Shown piece by piece: positions 50,384 to 64,000 of a stretch of 64,000 nucleotides of DNA. The notes under the pieces are model-generated. The model was given only the letters and a program-made list of their open reading frames with translations. It made no database searches and was not told where the DNA came from. The stretch's first letter is position 1; each line of letters starts with the position of its first letter. Position numbers and translations under genes: made by a program. The DNA comes from Chlorokybus atmophyticus (taxonomy: Eukaryota > Plantae > Mesostigma and Chlorokybus algae): the NCBI GenBank assembly GCA_009103225.1, contig RHPI01001168.1, positions 531,053 to 595,052 of the forward strand, written 5' to 3'.

Positions 50384-53300
50384 CTATATACTCGTATTCG
50401 CGCTGTTCGCCGACATGACGGACTCCAGCCTCGCCGCCTGCTGCTCTGGGGTCTGCTCTGGCTGTGCGATGCCCACCTGCAAGCGGCAAATTGACACCAA
50501 TGCTAAGCACTATATGACAAGCATGCGCCCCATATTGTGTGGGGACTGTGCGTGGCATATTGCAGTTGTACTGCTGCTGGTGGCATTTGCGCATCACTCA
50601 GCACTCACCATGCGAAAGACAGACACGGCACCGGACTGCCCGCCAGCCACAACGATAGGAGAATCCGTCCCAAACAGCAGGCATGAAAGCGCACCTCCGC
50701 CACTGACCGTTGTGGAGAGCACAGGACGCAGGACACTGACCTCTACGTCCCATATCTGCAGAGACACCATCCCATCAAACTGACCTCTGCAGCGGTCTCA
50801 ATCAAATGCAGAAGCTGAATCAACAAGCACAAGCATATTTGACAATGATGTGGTGCACAGAAAGCCTAACGTGACAAATGGGTCGTTGGGGTCCACGCGA
50901 ACCACTCTGCACATTTGAGCAATGGGTGCATGTCGCTGCTTGCATGCATGCATTCATGTAACTGCACCTCAACACGCCCACTGGTTGTGGCGGTGCCGAA
51001 CACAGTGGAGTTGAAAGGAGACCATTGGCAATCAGCGATGGCGTCGGTTCCGCATTGAAACGTCAACAATGCATCATCCTGCCCACACAAAGTTATGTTA
51101 TCCACCACGGCGCACTCATGGTATCAGGTTCCCAATCTTGTCAGCGACTCACCTGTTCGTCCTTCCATAGCTTGATAGTCCAGTCAGCACTGGCACTGAG
51201 AAAATAGTTCTTTGCGAAAGGCGACCACCTCACCTGCGGCCAGACACACGACAATCATGCACTGGTATTCAGCACATCAATACCTCCGTAAGTTATCCAA
51301 GCATGATCCACGTTTGCTTACCTGATAAACAGGCCCGGCATGGCCAAAGTATGTCTGTAGGTATTGCTCACTGTATGAGGTGCTGCACTTGTGTATGTTG
51401 CCTTCCTCCGTGCCGGCAAGGTAAATGCTGTGCAAGATGCAGTAGGTCAGTTGTGGTCTGACAACAAGCAGCATGAGACACCATTGTCATAACACAACAT
51501 GTTGAACCTTGCGTATCATCTACCAATGCATGCAGTCAACCATACATCCCATGTGTAATGATGCGCAGCATGACAGCAGAGCGAACTTGTAGCGCAACAC
51601 TGGCCCATGTGTGTGTATTATGACTTGCTTGGATGCCCAATCCCAAGGGCGCACTGGACGTGTCCCTTCAATGCGTATTGTGTAGAGAAATTCATGGCTT
51701 GGCCGCGGTGTCGTGAACAAGCGTATAGGCAAAATGATAGTCACCTGGGGTCAGTTCTGGAGAAATGAAAGCACATGCCAGATGCCTTTCTGGAGATAAA
51801 GGCTTCGCTTTTGTGCATCACACGGGGGGCGGGAGCTCCTGCTGCACCTGGTGCAGGTGCCACTGCCGGACGTGCTGCAGTTCGTGCACCCACGCGTTTC
51901 AGCTTCATCAGGTCAGAGCACTCCAGACCCTGTGTTGGCATGCATATGGGTGTGCATATAACTAAGCACATGCATCTGCACTGTCAAGTACCCAAACAGC
52001 TGTCTCTTGTTGTTCATCTTGTCAATGGAGGTGCACCTTTTTGAGGGACCAGAGCGTCAAGCGGCCATCGGACGATACTGACACAAGGCTTTCTGGTCTA
52101 TCATGACCCATGTCCACCCACGAAAGGGCCCACACGGGGTCCAGATGTTTGCCGGTAGCACCGCCACTCTCCACCATTGGCTTCGCAGCAGACGCAGATG
52201 TGCCTCCGCCTCGCACATCCCACACCCCAACTGTGCCATCCTTCAAGCCCACTGCATATGTGCGCACGTTGTCAAGGTGTTATGATGTCGACAGTAACCT
52301 TGTTCATGCTGATCAAGCCTGAAAGGGTGCGCCAAATGCGACATGCAAATGCACCAAGGAAGAGGCTGAGGTTGCACCTCCTAGCAGGTTTGGGGAAGAC
52401 TTGCAAAAGTGCAGGGCGGTGACACCAGTACGAGTGGAAAAGGACCACTCTGGATACGTTGGGTTTTGCAATGACCAGAATGCAACCAGTCCTGCCACAT
52501 GCGGACCGAACTCAAATTGCCCATAGCCAACAGCCAGCAGGTCGCACTTCACTGCATTCCAAGCCATGCATGACACGTTGCGCCCCTGCGACAGCAGTAT
52601 ACGTGAGCAGCACTGTGTGGTGGTCAATGAGTAACTCTGCACAGAAAAGCTCAACACTTCGTGAGTTTGCACCTTTGTCAGATCGCAAGAGAAATTCCAT
52701 AGAACCTCCAGAGAGCGGTGTGGAGCCCGAAGGGATGTTTCCAAGATGTTGTCCTCTTGATGCTGTGTTCGATGATTTCTGTACTGCAGCAACTGCAAAA
52801 CGGCATCACAGCAGTGAGCTTGCAGCCATGTGGGAGCTTGACGCATGCACACCTACCTTGTCATTGTAGTTGTTCTGCGTAACAGCCCTTTCCATGACTT
52901 GCAAAGCCCTCGGTAAGCCGGTTAACTGCGACAGGTTAACCGGTCCAGGCTCTGCAGCATCTCCTCCTGACGAGCAACACATTGGACTGTTAACTCAAAT
53001 CAAACCTGCGCGAGTACTTGAGAGCGTGTGAACAACCGTCTGACTGCAATCACTGTCAAAACCTGTGCATACCAGGTTTGAGTAGACTAAGAAACTTGCT
53101 GCCTACCCAAAGCAAGTGCGTTCGCGCTGTTGGTGTTGGGCTTCTCGGGTTCGCTTGCAACCACCACGGACGAGTACTGCATTGCCATCGATTGCTGTCC
53201 AAGACATGGCAGCCATCAGCAATGTGGAACAGTACCAGTGAGCCATGTGCACATGACACGAACAAGTGCTGATAAACGCACCTCTGCTGTTCTACTGACA

Positions 53301-55796
53301 GCCATTGATCCACCCACCATCGAGCTGCTGCCGCCGCCACTGAGGGCATTGATGTCCATGCTACTGCCAGTAGCGGCAGGCTGGCTTACACTCTGACCAA
53401 CTGCGGCATTGGTGGTGGACACTGCGCACACAAGCATGCTGTGAGAGTCACGACTGGCAGTTGCTGGCGTGGATGTGCACGACAACAAGAGCAGACCATC
53501 AGAGGTAAGCCATCACGGTGCATGCAAAACGCGGTATGTTCGCCATGCACGACCCAACCAAGAACCGCTTACAACACAATGACTCCCATGCTAAGCACTG
53601 ATTTGTATGTGTGGTGTTGTATTCATGATGTATGGCACAGGTGATATCAACTAATGGCAGCCACAGAATTGCGCACCATTACCTGCAGTGGTATCCACAC
53701 CATCAGCCCCATCGACACTATCTGTTGCCTCCACAGCTGCGAAAGAGTCATGGATATCCCAAGATGACGCCTGAGAGTCACACAAACACTCAGTTGCAGA
53801 AGGTATGGCTACGATATAGCCCCAGTTGGCCAGACACTTGCCAAGCCACACACCTGACAGTTAGCCGGTGTCACAAGCACGACTCTTGATTGCACTTCTT
53901 TATTCTTGCAGAGGGTATTGAGCGTCTGCAATCACCATGTGGGCGTTAGCATAAATGCTAAAGGAAAACTATTCCTCAACAAGGGCAGTGACGCCTGCAT
54001 AACTTGGCACCTGAACTCCTGTATCAACAAAGTTTTCACTGCCTTCCTTCCGTGCGAGCATTTTCTTGTACCTTGTATTGACTGCCATCACCTGCAACAA
54101 GCATGCAGTGGGCACTAACATCTTGACGTGTGTAAAACTTGTCCAGTGTAGCAAAGGCAAGCCATCACCTCTACTGACTCTGCGCTGTCAGCCAAGACGC
54201 AAACGGAAGGCATGTCCATAAGCATGAACGTTTCGGTCTCTTGAAGGGTCAAGTAAACCTGAGGACAGAACAGTAAGCGCAGTTGCAGGTTGATTACTGA
54301 CCAATAAATGATACCCAGCGCTGAACTATACGCACGTTCGGCATAGTTGTGTGGGGTGCTTTGTAAGACCATTCATGTGCGATCAGCAATGCACATGCCA
54401 GCATTGACAGCTTGGCGTTATAACAGCTGCGCATACCGGCCGATCAAGGTCGGCAGCTGTCAGCACGCGCAGGTCGCTTTCGTTGAGGACCTCGGTTTTG
54501 CGCCCCCCCTGCCCTGAAGTCGGTCCCTCCATGCCCCCATCAGCACGAGGCGTTGACAAATCACCACCTTCAGCACCGCTGTCCTCATCCAGTGCCTCAG
54601 GAGTGAAAGATCCACTCTCACTGGCTGTCGCAGACATTCCGCTCCTGTGATTTAGCAAAGTTAGATTCCATGCAAGCCAGCTATACACTGACTCTGCTGA
54701 GGTTAAGGTTTGTGCTTGCTTCGTGCTATGTGTTCAATGTGCATGGATCACACAACAGCTACTGTTGGCATGTGTCATGCGCAGGTTAACACACAACCAG
54801 CTGACCGGAATCCAGTGGATAGGCGGTCTAGCATATCCGACAGGTCCGAGTTAGGTGTTGCCTCTCCACTAGGCATTTGCCCAGGACCTCCCCGCGCAGG
54901 ACCCGCACCACGTGCTGGTTGCAGTGGCCTTGGCGTGACGTCCACACCATTCTCGTCAAAGACCTGGCACAACATGCCAAATTGCCAACACTGGTACTTG
55001 TCCTGATCATGACTAACTTTGCAAGTGGCACAGTGAAAGCAGCACAACTAGCAGGAGCAGAAGTGTCCTCTCGCAATGCCCGCACACACTGCTGAGTGCC
55101 ACGCACTGCTAATGCACGTGGTTGTTGTCGGAGAAGGCAGTCATACCTGCGCTTGTGTCCCACCATAGGCATTGTCTGTCTTCCCACGCTTGGATGTTGC
55201 CACAGACCGCCTGCTGCTGCGAACGCTGCTTCGTGTTCTGTGCACGAGCAGACACATGTGTTGCAAAGTTAGGGAACAACCAGACGAGGGAACTTAGTGA
55301 GCAACCAACTGAGCACTAGCTGGCTTGACCACAAAGGCAACTCTTCGCTCACTGTAAAGTCGGTAGACAAAACCAGGCGACCTAGACGGCAATTGCAACT
55401 CGACCATCCGTTGTACCAACAGCCAAGTTGTTCTTGTTTGGTAAGTGTCGCACAGCAGACATGAAAGGCTCGCCATTCAGTGACATCATCACAAGCAGCT
55501 TATACTTCAGTATATAACTTCTATAGTTGTAAATGGTTGCACAGCAACGTTCTGATTTATGGTTGTTTGACGACAGTCGAGCAGCTTTCACACAAGGTGA
55601 GACTTGCAAAAACAGAGTGCTTTGTTGTTCCACAAGACGCTGTGATGCTGGCTTACGAGTATCGAACGGAGTTTGAATTGCTCATACGCCTGCTCTGGCG
55701 TGGCATTCCGGCGCCAGCCATCTGCTGCTTGAGAGCGGCGGGGCTGCCCCCCGCCTCCTGAACGCTTTGGCGCGTCTTCTGCGACATCCTGTCCAT
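50384..55796 (-). CDS. WDR78: Axonemal dynein intermediate chain WDR78/DNAI4-like
   Basis: VFDENGVDVTPRPL; VYLTLQETETFMLMDMP; CMAWNAVKCDLLAVGYGQFEF; GKHLDPVWALSWV; YLAGTEEGNIHKCSTSYSEQYLQTY; FLSASADWTIKLW; ATTSGRVEIWD; ATG at 55794-55796, TAG at 50384-50386. Confidence 0.85.
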
Positions 55797-56463
55797 GTTA
55801 TCGTTCTTACAAGCAACCATCAACCCGCTCGGCTCATCTATAGCTTCGGCAAACTAGCTCCGCCAAGCATAACTTCATCGCCCCCGGCCTGGCCTGGCCT
55901 GGCCTGGCGTGGCCTGCCCTGGCCTGGCGCTAAGCAGCTAACGAATTGGCGAAAGCATGTGAGCGCGAGGGGAACAGGATTGAACGATCCGGATTCATAA
56001 GCTGAGCGTCAATATCGGTCCCGTCGAGCGCATACCGAATCTCCCGTGCCAGCCCATCACCCCCGTTGCGGAGTGGACACCTGGCAGGCATCGAGCCGCA
56101 AGAACAGCGAGCGCGGGGTGACGGGAAAAAGAAACCGCCGCGGGAAGCTGCTCCGAACCCGCGTAAGACCCGTGAGCTGTACGCCTATTCCGCGCGAATT
56201 GCGCCTGCCGTTTGGTTTTGTACTGTAAGACCGGCTTCGCTCCATCGACGGCTAGTGGCAGGCGATGCTTCCCCCCTGGCGGCGCGCCCCACCCCCCCAG
56301 GCAGGCCGCGGCAAAACCGCGTGCGGTGGTGACGCACGGAGCACCCGTATGGCGCCAAATGTAGTCCTGTTTGCGTTCCTCTCCGTTTGCAAGCGCGCAA
56401 GCGGTAGCCCTAGAACACCTTGATTAGCCGATTGGCGACTGAGGTAGTATATCTGGGATACGA
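55797..56463. promoter_or_regulatory. Putative bidirectional promoter region between WDR78 (minus) and eIF4A (plus)
   Basis: GC-rich ~670-bp interval between head-to-head genes; eIF4A appears to have a 5'-UTR intron 56632-57103 (AAG|GTGAGG..ATGCAG|). Transcription starts not determined. Confidence 0.4.
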
Positions 56464-57118
56464 ACGCGTTTACCCGCGCTGGAGGGGGGGTTTTAACGCC
56501 CGCCTGTTGCCGTAGGAGGTCCTTTCCAGCTGTCACCGCCGCCGCCGCCGCTGCCGCCGCTGGGGTAGTGTTCTCGTGGGTTCAGCGCAGCAGCTGCCAA
56601 GGTTGCCGTCGGCGTGAACGTTGCGGCAAAGGTGAGGAGAGTGTGTGCGCAGTCGGTGTGGGGCAAGTTTGGGCTTTGTGTTTTGCAACGTTATTCTCGG
56701 CCTGGCTGCTGCACTGCGACTTCTGGAAAGGTGGATCCGTTGCTCTACCTTCGTTGCTCAGTTTCTTGTAGTCTATGCTATACTCCGTGGTAGCTGTCCT
56801 CTGCGTCTGCCCATGCTTCCGCTTCTGCTGCGATTCGAGTGTCTCCGCTGGGTGTTGCTGCAATTGACTGACCGCTGTAAGTAGCTACTGTAGTGCGAAG
56901 CTGTCCAGCGCATGCGTTCTCTATCGAGTGTAAAAATGCAGGCATAGTAGGGCTGCGCTAGACCCTGTTGTGGTTGCTTTCTACCTGTTTTTTGTTGTTT
57001 CGTCCATGCACCCCTTCCCAAAGTGACTTACCGTCGTGCACGTCTGTCGTTCATTGCTGTTTGAGGCAAAGTCGTCATCATTAATATAATAATGGAAATG
57101 CAGGTTTAACAAGCAATC

Positions 57119-58782
57119 ATGGCGGGAGAAGGAGCATGGGACAACAAGTCCTACGACTCCAATATGGAGAAGCTGTAAGCCACTGTCCGCAGGACTATCA
57201 AACGTTACTGGCGCTGTTGCGCTTATTATGTTCACTGGTGGAAGGCAAAGGTCTAATAAGTGCAATCTGCAGCATGCAGGACGAGGACTTCATCTCGACG
57301 TGGGAGGAGGTTGCCGAGACATTTGATGTCATGGGCCTGCATGAGAACCTTCTGCGCGGCATCTATGCCTATGGTACGTGCAGTCTAGCATTCTTCCTCT
57401 CCTTGATCTCAACGTCTCCGTGAATGTTTTTGTGGTTACAAAAGCTCACGTGCTTGCTGCAGTTTGGTGTTGCTACAATTCAAACGCGCGCTTCTTACAG
57501 GTTTTGAAAAGCCATCCGCGATTCAGCAGCGTGGCATCGTGCCATTCTGCCGGGGTCTGGATGTGATTCAGCAGGCTCAGTCTGGTACTGGCAAGACGGC
57601 CACATTCTGCGCCGGCATCCTCCAGCAGCTTGACTACTCGTTACTCGAGTGCCAGGCTCTGGTCCTTGCACCAACCCGTGAGTTGGCCCAGCAGATTGAG
57701 AAGGTCATGAGGGCCCTTGGTGACTACTTACAGGTACAGTGCTCATTCAAATGCTGGCCGAGTCTACAGTGCATAGAGTACCCAAGGCGTTACTAATTTT
57801 CTTTCCTATCAACAGGTGAAGTGCCACGCTTGTGTGGGTGGAACAAGTGTGCGCGAGGATCAGCGTATTCTGCAGAGTGGTGTGCATGTTGTCGTGGGAA
57901 CTCCAGGACGCGTTTATGATATGCTTCGCCGCCGCGCCCTGCGCCCAGACCAGATCAAGTGCTTTGTCCTTGATGAGGCAGATGAGATGCTCTCTCGCGG
58001 ATTCAAGGATCAGGTAATTATGCTTCAACACACTTGAACTGCCCTTCTGAGGTTTATGCAAGTCACAGACTCAAAAGCAGGTGTGTTTACACCCTTGCCA
58101 TGTCTCTTTTGCTGTCACTGATTTGTTGCATCGTTGCTCTGTGCAGATTTATGACATCTTCCAGCTGCTTCCCCAGAAGCTCCAGGTTGGTGTGTTCTCA
58201 GCCACCATGCCTCCTGAGGCACTGGAGATCACCCGCAAGTTCATGAACAAGCCTGTGAAGATTTTGGTGAAGCGCGATGAGCTTACCTTGGAGGGTATTA
58301 AGCAATTCTACGTCAACGTTGACCGCGAGGAGTGGAAGTTGGATACTCTGTGCGATTTGTATGAGACGTTGGCTATCACTCAGAGTGTCATCTTCATCAA
58401 CACCCGCCGCAAGGTGGATTGGCTGACCGACAAGATGCGCGCTCGCGACCACACTGTCTCCGCCACCCATGGAGACATGGACCAGAACACTCGCGACATC
58501 ATCATGCGCGAGTTCCGATCTGGGTCATCGCGAGTGCTGATCACCACGGACTTGCTGGCGCGCGGTATTGATGTGCAGCAGGTGTCGCTGGTCATCAACT
58601 ACGACCTGCCAACACAACCAGAGAACTACCTGCATCGTATTGGTCGCAGTGGTCGGTTCGGGCGCAAGGGTGTGGCCATCAACTTTGTGACCAAGGAGGA
58701 TGAGGGCATGATTCGGGATATTCAGCGGTTCTACAACACCGTCATTGAGGAGTTGCCGTCCAATGTGGCAGACCTGCTCTAG
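57119..58782 (+). CDS. EIF4A: Eukaryotic translation initiation factor 4A (DEAD-box helicase)
   Basis: [56 protein letters not shown]; ends [12 protein letters not shown]; five introns in CDS. Confidence 0.97.
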
Positions 58783-61758
58783 GCTTCAGCTTTCCCCATT
58801 TTTCCGCGCCCGTTGCTGTGGCGTGTGCTCTGCGTCAGCATTAGCTCGTATGCGCTATGGCGCCGGAGGCTAGGGCTGGTGCTGCCTTGTCAGCTTCTCA
58901 GCCTCCTGCCTGTTGTTCGTCAGCTGAGGATTGCTCAACCTCAGTGTGGCCGGTTCCTTGGGCTAATAGCTCGCGGCTCAAGCTGTCGTGTAGTGTGAGC
59001 AGGCATTGCAGTAGGCTTAACCAGACACTTTGGTGCTGGTATGTCGTTTTGTGTAGCCGTAGAACGCGCTATGTTGCCTTTCATCGGTGGCCGCATGTAT
59101 ATGCTGATGTTACAGGCAATAGCGGGTTGATTAATTTGAATTTTTTGCACAATTGCTTTGTTGGATGGTTGGTTTGCATAAGCTTGTGTTGCTGTGCTCC
59201 CCCCCACCATCACCACCACCCACCCCCTTCTGCTCCCAACCCAGCCCATGTGTGGGCAGGTGATGAACTTGAAATGCATGCTGCCATACTAACTAGTATG
59301 TACAAAAGATTTTATGCCTCATGTATGCTCCCCCTCTGGGACGTCCCAACATGTCTAGCTTAGACTCTGGAGGCCACAGTCAGACCTTGCCTACTCTGTC
59401 AAGGTTTCAACTATGGCGCTGCTGTTTCAGGTGAGGCGCTTATCCTGTTCTACCACTAGCCTAGGCGTGCTGCTGCTGTTGGGCTCCAGCACTACACCAT
59501 TGTGACTGTTGCGGTTGCTGTGCGTGCTTGCTTGCTACTAACAACTAATCATTGCTGTTAAGTTGGTCGGCTGCGCAGCAAACCCTAACATTGCTTGCTG
59601 GCGTTGTTGTATGCGATGATGTGATGTGCTGTTGTTTCATCTAGCTAGTGTCACATAAGTGTTGTTACAAATGCATGACTATTGGGGTGTAGTGGTAGGT
59701 GCCTGACCCGGTGGTTGGATATGTGAAACCAAGGTGCGTGTGTGAGCATGACTGTTGCATAGGGTATAAGTCAGTCGGCACGTCATGCAGTCATGCAATG
59801 CTTAGCACGTAGCATACTGTGCAGTCATCAGCAGTCACAACATGCAGCTAACACAAGCAAATAGTGGACACCACATAAAATCACACAGACTGTGCATGTT
59901 TGAATGAGTACCACACCCCTTACATACACCACCTAGGGCCCAAGACTACTCCACTAGTGCTGCTAAGTGCTACTATGTGCAATGTAGTGGGTAGTGAACG
60001 GTGGGTGATGATGGGGATGAAAAGGTATGGCAACCGACCTATCATCCATAGAGTAGAAGCAGAGGTAGACAATCAGTCGCTAGGTGCAGTGGAAGGTAGG
60101 GCCGCAAGGACGGTGCAGAGCAGTGCAGTGCAGTGAGATGGTGTGGGTGTGTGGTGAGAGTATAAGCTATGTCCCCGCCCCTTCCCACTTCCACTCTCCC
60201 CGCCAAGTTTTATAGTTGCAATGGATGTGGCGACCGTGAGTTGAGTGCAGCGGGTCTTGCATAGCATGCGCGTAAGACCTGTTATCTATATGAATCAGTT
60301 AACAGTCACAGGCCAATTGGCAACATGTAAGTATTGGCCACCAAAAGCGGCGGACACAAGCAAAGAGTATAGCAGCCAGTGACCCGACATTGCATGAGCA
60401 TGGCTAACATGTGTCAATGGCTGTTGGCTGCACATGCAGCATATGCAACATACCATCTTTGTACACTGCATGGGTGCAATAGTGCCTTTGCTTTTTATGC
60501 AATGTAGACTGGATGTATATCGCAGTTCTCACCACGCCATTTATCGCATACCAATGCACATGGTTGCAATGACATAACTAGCAGTTACGGTGTCATGTGC
60601 ATGTCTTACATTTGTATAGCTTTATTGTTGTGCTTGCACTTCAAGTTGTGCATGTCTTTATGTTATAAATCTTACTGTACATGCGCAGCAATTCAAGTCT
60701 AGACATGTACACGTGCACGTGTTTAGCACCAACTTGCTGCTAACTCTGCAAGTGGTGAAGTACCCTTTAGCTTGACCTTGCATGCATGAGAGAGCAAGGT
60801 GTGCATCAATCATTAATTGTTGTCACATATTGTCTTAAAGTGTGCAGGTGCAATGTCATGTATATATCTAAAAATTTTCTCCATTCATGTTTTTTGCCGT
60901 GCACATGCAAGCACACATTGCAGGCCACTACAGTCCCAAACGCACAGCCACCCACCCACCCACCCACCAAGAGCTTTATCCATCAGAAGGGTTAGCCAGG
61001 GGCCTATTGCAAAATACCCAAGTGCAAACGAGATGACGGCAGTGATGATGACGCACAACCAGCAAGAGCAGGTGGCTGCACCTACAGGCAGGGTGTGTGT
61101 CACCGCCAGTTGCTGGCACTGCGTTGCAAACCGGACTGCATTGAGTTAGGCCGACGGCAAGGAGGACGACAACAGTGCCTCTGCCCCCGCCGTCACCCAT
61201 TGCACTTCAAAGCGCTGCATCCATTCTGTCATGTTGCAGTCGCAACACAACTAGCCATTTAGAACTGAAGTTAGCCCAGATTATGAATTGACAGGAATGG
61301 CGGTCATGACAATTATGGCACCACATGTTGTAGCAGTATGTTGCCTTGTTGGTGTTGGTTCATAGCAGCATGTGCAGCTTATTGCATGCGGGCAATTGCT
61401 TGCTCCACGCATGTCTGCACTTATCTACTAACTTGTATGCATCAACATATTTGCTTGCTCGGGCCCGTGGCATATTGTGCAACGTGCGGCATTATGATAT
61501 GCGCACCCACTCATTGATGCACATTAATTCGTAGATACGCATGCACTACATGCTTGTTGCTGTTGTTATTATTATTGCATTGGATCTCAAAGCACAGTGC
61601 AAAGACAATAACAAAGGAGGCTCCTTTGCTATTGAATTCACTGACCCGTTATGTTTATACATGTAACAGTATGCTCATGTTGAGTCTGGCTGATGTTCGC
61701 TGTTATACAGAATGGACCACAATGTGTTCAACACATAGCGAAACATACGCGCGGGGGG

Positions 61759-61990
61759 ACGCGTTTACCCGCGCTGGAGGGGGGGTTTTAACGCCCGCCT
61801 GTTGCCGTAGGAGGTCCTTTCCAGCTGTCACCGCCGCCGCCGCCGCTGCCGCCGCTGGGGTAGTGTTCTCGTGGGTTCAGCGCAGCAGCTGCCAAGGTTG
61901 CCGTCGGCGTGAACGTTGCGGCAAAGGTGAGGAGAGTGTGTGCGCAGTCGGTGTGGGGCAAGTTTGGGCTTTGTGTTTTGCAACGTTATT
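61759..61990 (+). repeat. Exact 232-bp copy of 56464-56695 (eIF4A 5'-UTR exon + start of intron), ending at a single N
   Basis: Identical by direct comparison; abuts N at 61991. Confidence 0.9.
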
Positions 61991-62616
61991 NGCGCTCGTA
62001 GCGACGTATGTAAAAATTACGTGATGCCCTCATGCGTGTTGCGCTAATGCACACATCATGTACATATCACATGCTAATTGTGTAGGCTTGATTCAACAAG
62101 ATTGCAATTTGTACAAGCATTGCGCCATGTGTTACAGACTTGTGTGCGACAGCAGTCGGACTGCTGATAATGCTGCAGGAGCCAGACGTTGCCTTCACCT
62201 GGAGTCCCGTCAGACCGAGTCTGGTGCATCATGTACTGTCTGGTGCGTTATGTACTGACAGTGGAGCACACCAAGTCGAGTGATCAACACTGATTCAACA
62301 ATCATCCCGATCGCAGCGACTCTTTCAGCAGAGATACTGCACCTTGCCACGCAATCATTTGGCCGCTTTACCAGTCGGCCTGAGACCGGGGTTTCTAACC
62401 GAGATGACAACTGCTCGACCGGGAAACCCTCCCCCGGTCGATCTGCTTTAACCGTGTTGCCCGCAGCTTTTTGCGCCGCTGCGCTTTTCAGCCGGCCGTT
62501 CGCGCCTAGCTGGCTGGATCTTAGATCTGACTGCTAACTGACTTTCACCTACCAAGACAAAATTTCACACCGACGGCGGCGTTGGCGTCAGTGGTGTCGT
62601 TCGGCGCGTCGGTGTC

Positions 62617-64000
62617 ATGTGGTGCGTGGCGGCGCCGGCGGTGTGCTCTGCTGCCGCCGGTCCACTGTCGTCGAATGCATGCATCGCTGCTGGCAGTAGC
62701 GGAGGTGCTTCGGGCTGTGGTGAGAGGGCGCAAGTAGCTGCAGCAGCGTGGCCCGTCCGCAGTAAGCATGCCTCACTGCTGCTGCGCTGCCGGAAACCTA
62801 GCAGTAGCAGCAGCTGTAGGTGGCGGCGAGCAGGCGGTGGTGGTCACCAGCGGCATGCACAGCGTTCCCCCCATCGAGATCGATTTGTAGTCAGCGCTAC
62901 GGTTGCTCCCATCAACGCCAATGACGAAGATTCCGCCACCCCAGGCGGCCAATCCAGCACAGCAGCTGTCGCTGCTCCTAGCTTCGACTCTGTCTCAGCA
63001 TTTGCGAGCGCATTCTACCGCTTCTCACGACCCCATACTGTCATAGGCACGGTCAGTGTCTGCTTGCTCTACTCCAGTTGTGGGGCCAGTTGCCCTGTTG
63101 TGCAATGCCTGAGCTTTGCATGTCAATGCATGCAAGCTGTGCCGTGTTTTGTTCATTTTCAGTAAACATAGGCAGTAGTAAAAACTGTGTTTCGACTGCG
63201 CATATCCGCTCAGCACGCTCTTCAGCTTGCCTTGCAAGCATTGTGTCTGGCGATCCTTTGCCAGTTGCTGCCTCACACAACTCGCTGCAGCACCTCTAGT
63301 GTTGTGGCATTGAGCGTGTGAGATTTTTTTAGTCCAAGCGATCCGGGCACACATTGGTTGGATACTGCTACTTGGGATGATCCGTCACTACGACGAATTT
63401 TTGTCTTGTGCGCTGAGACAGTTTTCGCTTGTTTGTTCCCGCAGATCATCAGTATCTGCTCGGTGTCGTTGCTAGCCATAGGACATGTACGGTTTCTGCA
63501 TGCAAGGTCCATACTGGGCTTGTTTCAGGTAGGTTCCTCCAGTAAACCTTGCTGGTGTATCTACACTGCCAGCAACAACGAACATGATGATGATGCCTGG
63601 TGAACAGGCGTTAATCCCTGCGCTCTGCATCAATGTGGCCATCGTGGGCCTCAATCAAGTTTATGACATTGAAATTGATAAGGTGAGGCTTGGGCTCGAA
63701 GGACATCGCCCTTTGCACACGGGCAGTGTGCCCCTCAGTGCACTCATACTCAGGTTACTACTCTGACATGACAGGTTAACAAGCCGTACTTGCCGCTTGC
63801 GTCTGGTGAATTTTCCAAAGAGTTTGGTGCTGCACTCTCATGGGGATTTGCAGCTTTGGTAAGTCAAGCCATCAAACTGTGTGTAGCACACGCATACACC
63901 ACATTTCCGGAACAACTTGCAGAGTTTCAACATGGTTCTTAATGACTCGGCGCAGGGTATTACGTTGGGTCTGCTGGCGCAGTCCCCGGGCCTTACCACC
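62617..64000 (+). CDS. VTE2: Homogentisate phytyltransferase (UbiA family), 5' part; runs off window
   Basis: Transit peptide then AFYRFSRPHTVIGT, IISICSVSLLA, NVAIVGLNQVYDIEIDK|VNKPYLPLASGEFS; YRFSRPHTVIGT favours HPT over HST (RFLRPHTIRGT). Confidence 0.85.

Noticed and set aside
58198-58598. Antisense and alternative-frame ORFs over eIF4A and other host genes
   Set aside because: Shadow ORFs of GC-rich coding sequence without motifs.
61741-61760. TACGCGCGGGGGG before the eIF4A copy resembling a template-switch cDNA adaptor
   Set aside because: The copy includes intron sequence and the rest of the adaptor is absent.

Overview
Eukaryotic, intron-rich nuclear DNA from a flagellated green-lineage alga, probably a streptophyte alga (inferred from protein families), using the standard genetic code, with five N-gaps plus a single N at 61991. 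Host genes: small thylakoid-type membrane protein, OTU deubiquitinase (OTU9-12-like), BRWD/PHIP-type WD40-bromodomain protein, type-11 methyltransferase, Tic22-like protein, F-box/LRR/ankyrin protein, WDR78/DNAI4 dynein intermediate chain, eIF4A and the 5' part of homogentisate phytyltransferase. The main accessory feature is the right-hand 10.7 kb of a large Plavaka-type (CACTA/CMC-related) DNA transposon. It carries spliced cargo (C2HC-finger/Tudor, OTU-like protease, RING-like finger, an intact 7-exon orphan gene) and ends in a 53-bp subterminal array plus a terminal repeat. The same terminus, 53-bp period and internal hairpin motif bound a ~3.9-kb foldback element at 37653-41582. Also present: a Naiad/Chlamys-like Penelope RT relic, a Cys-rich relic with a giant-virus-type HNH-like segment, possible LINE debris and several tandem duplications. 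All family assignments are from motif recognition by eye; no database search was run.
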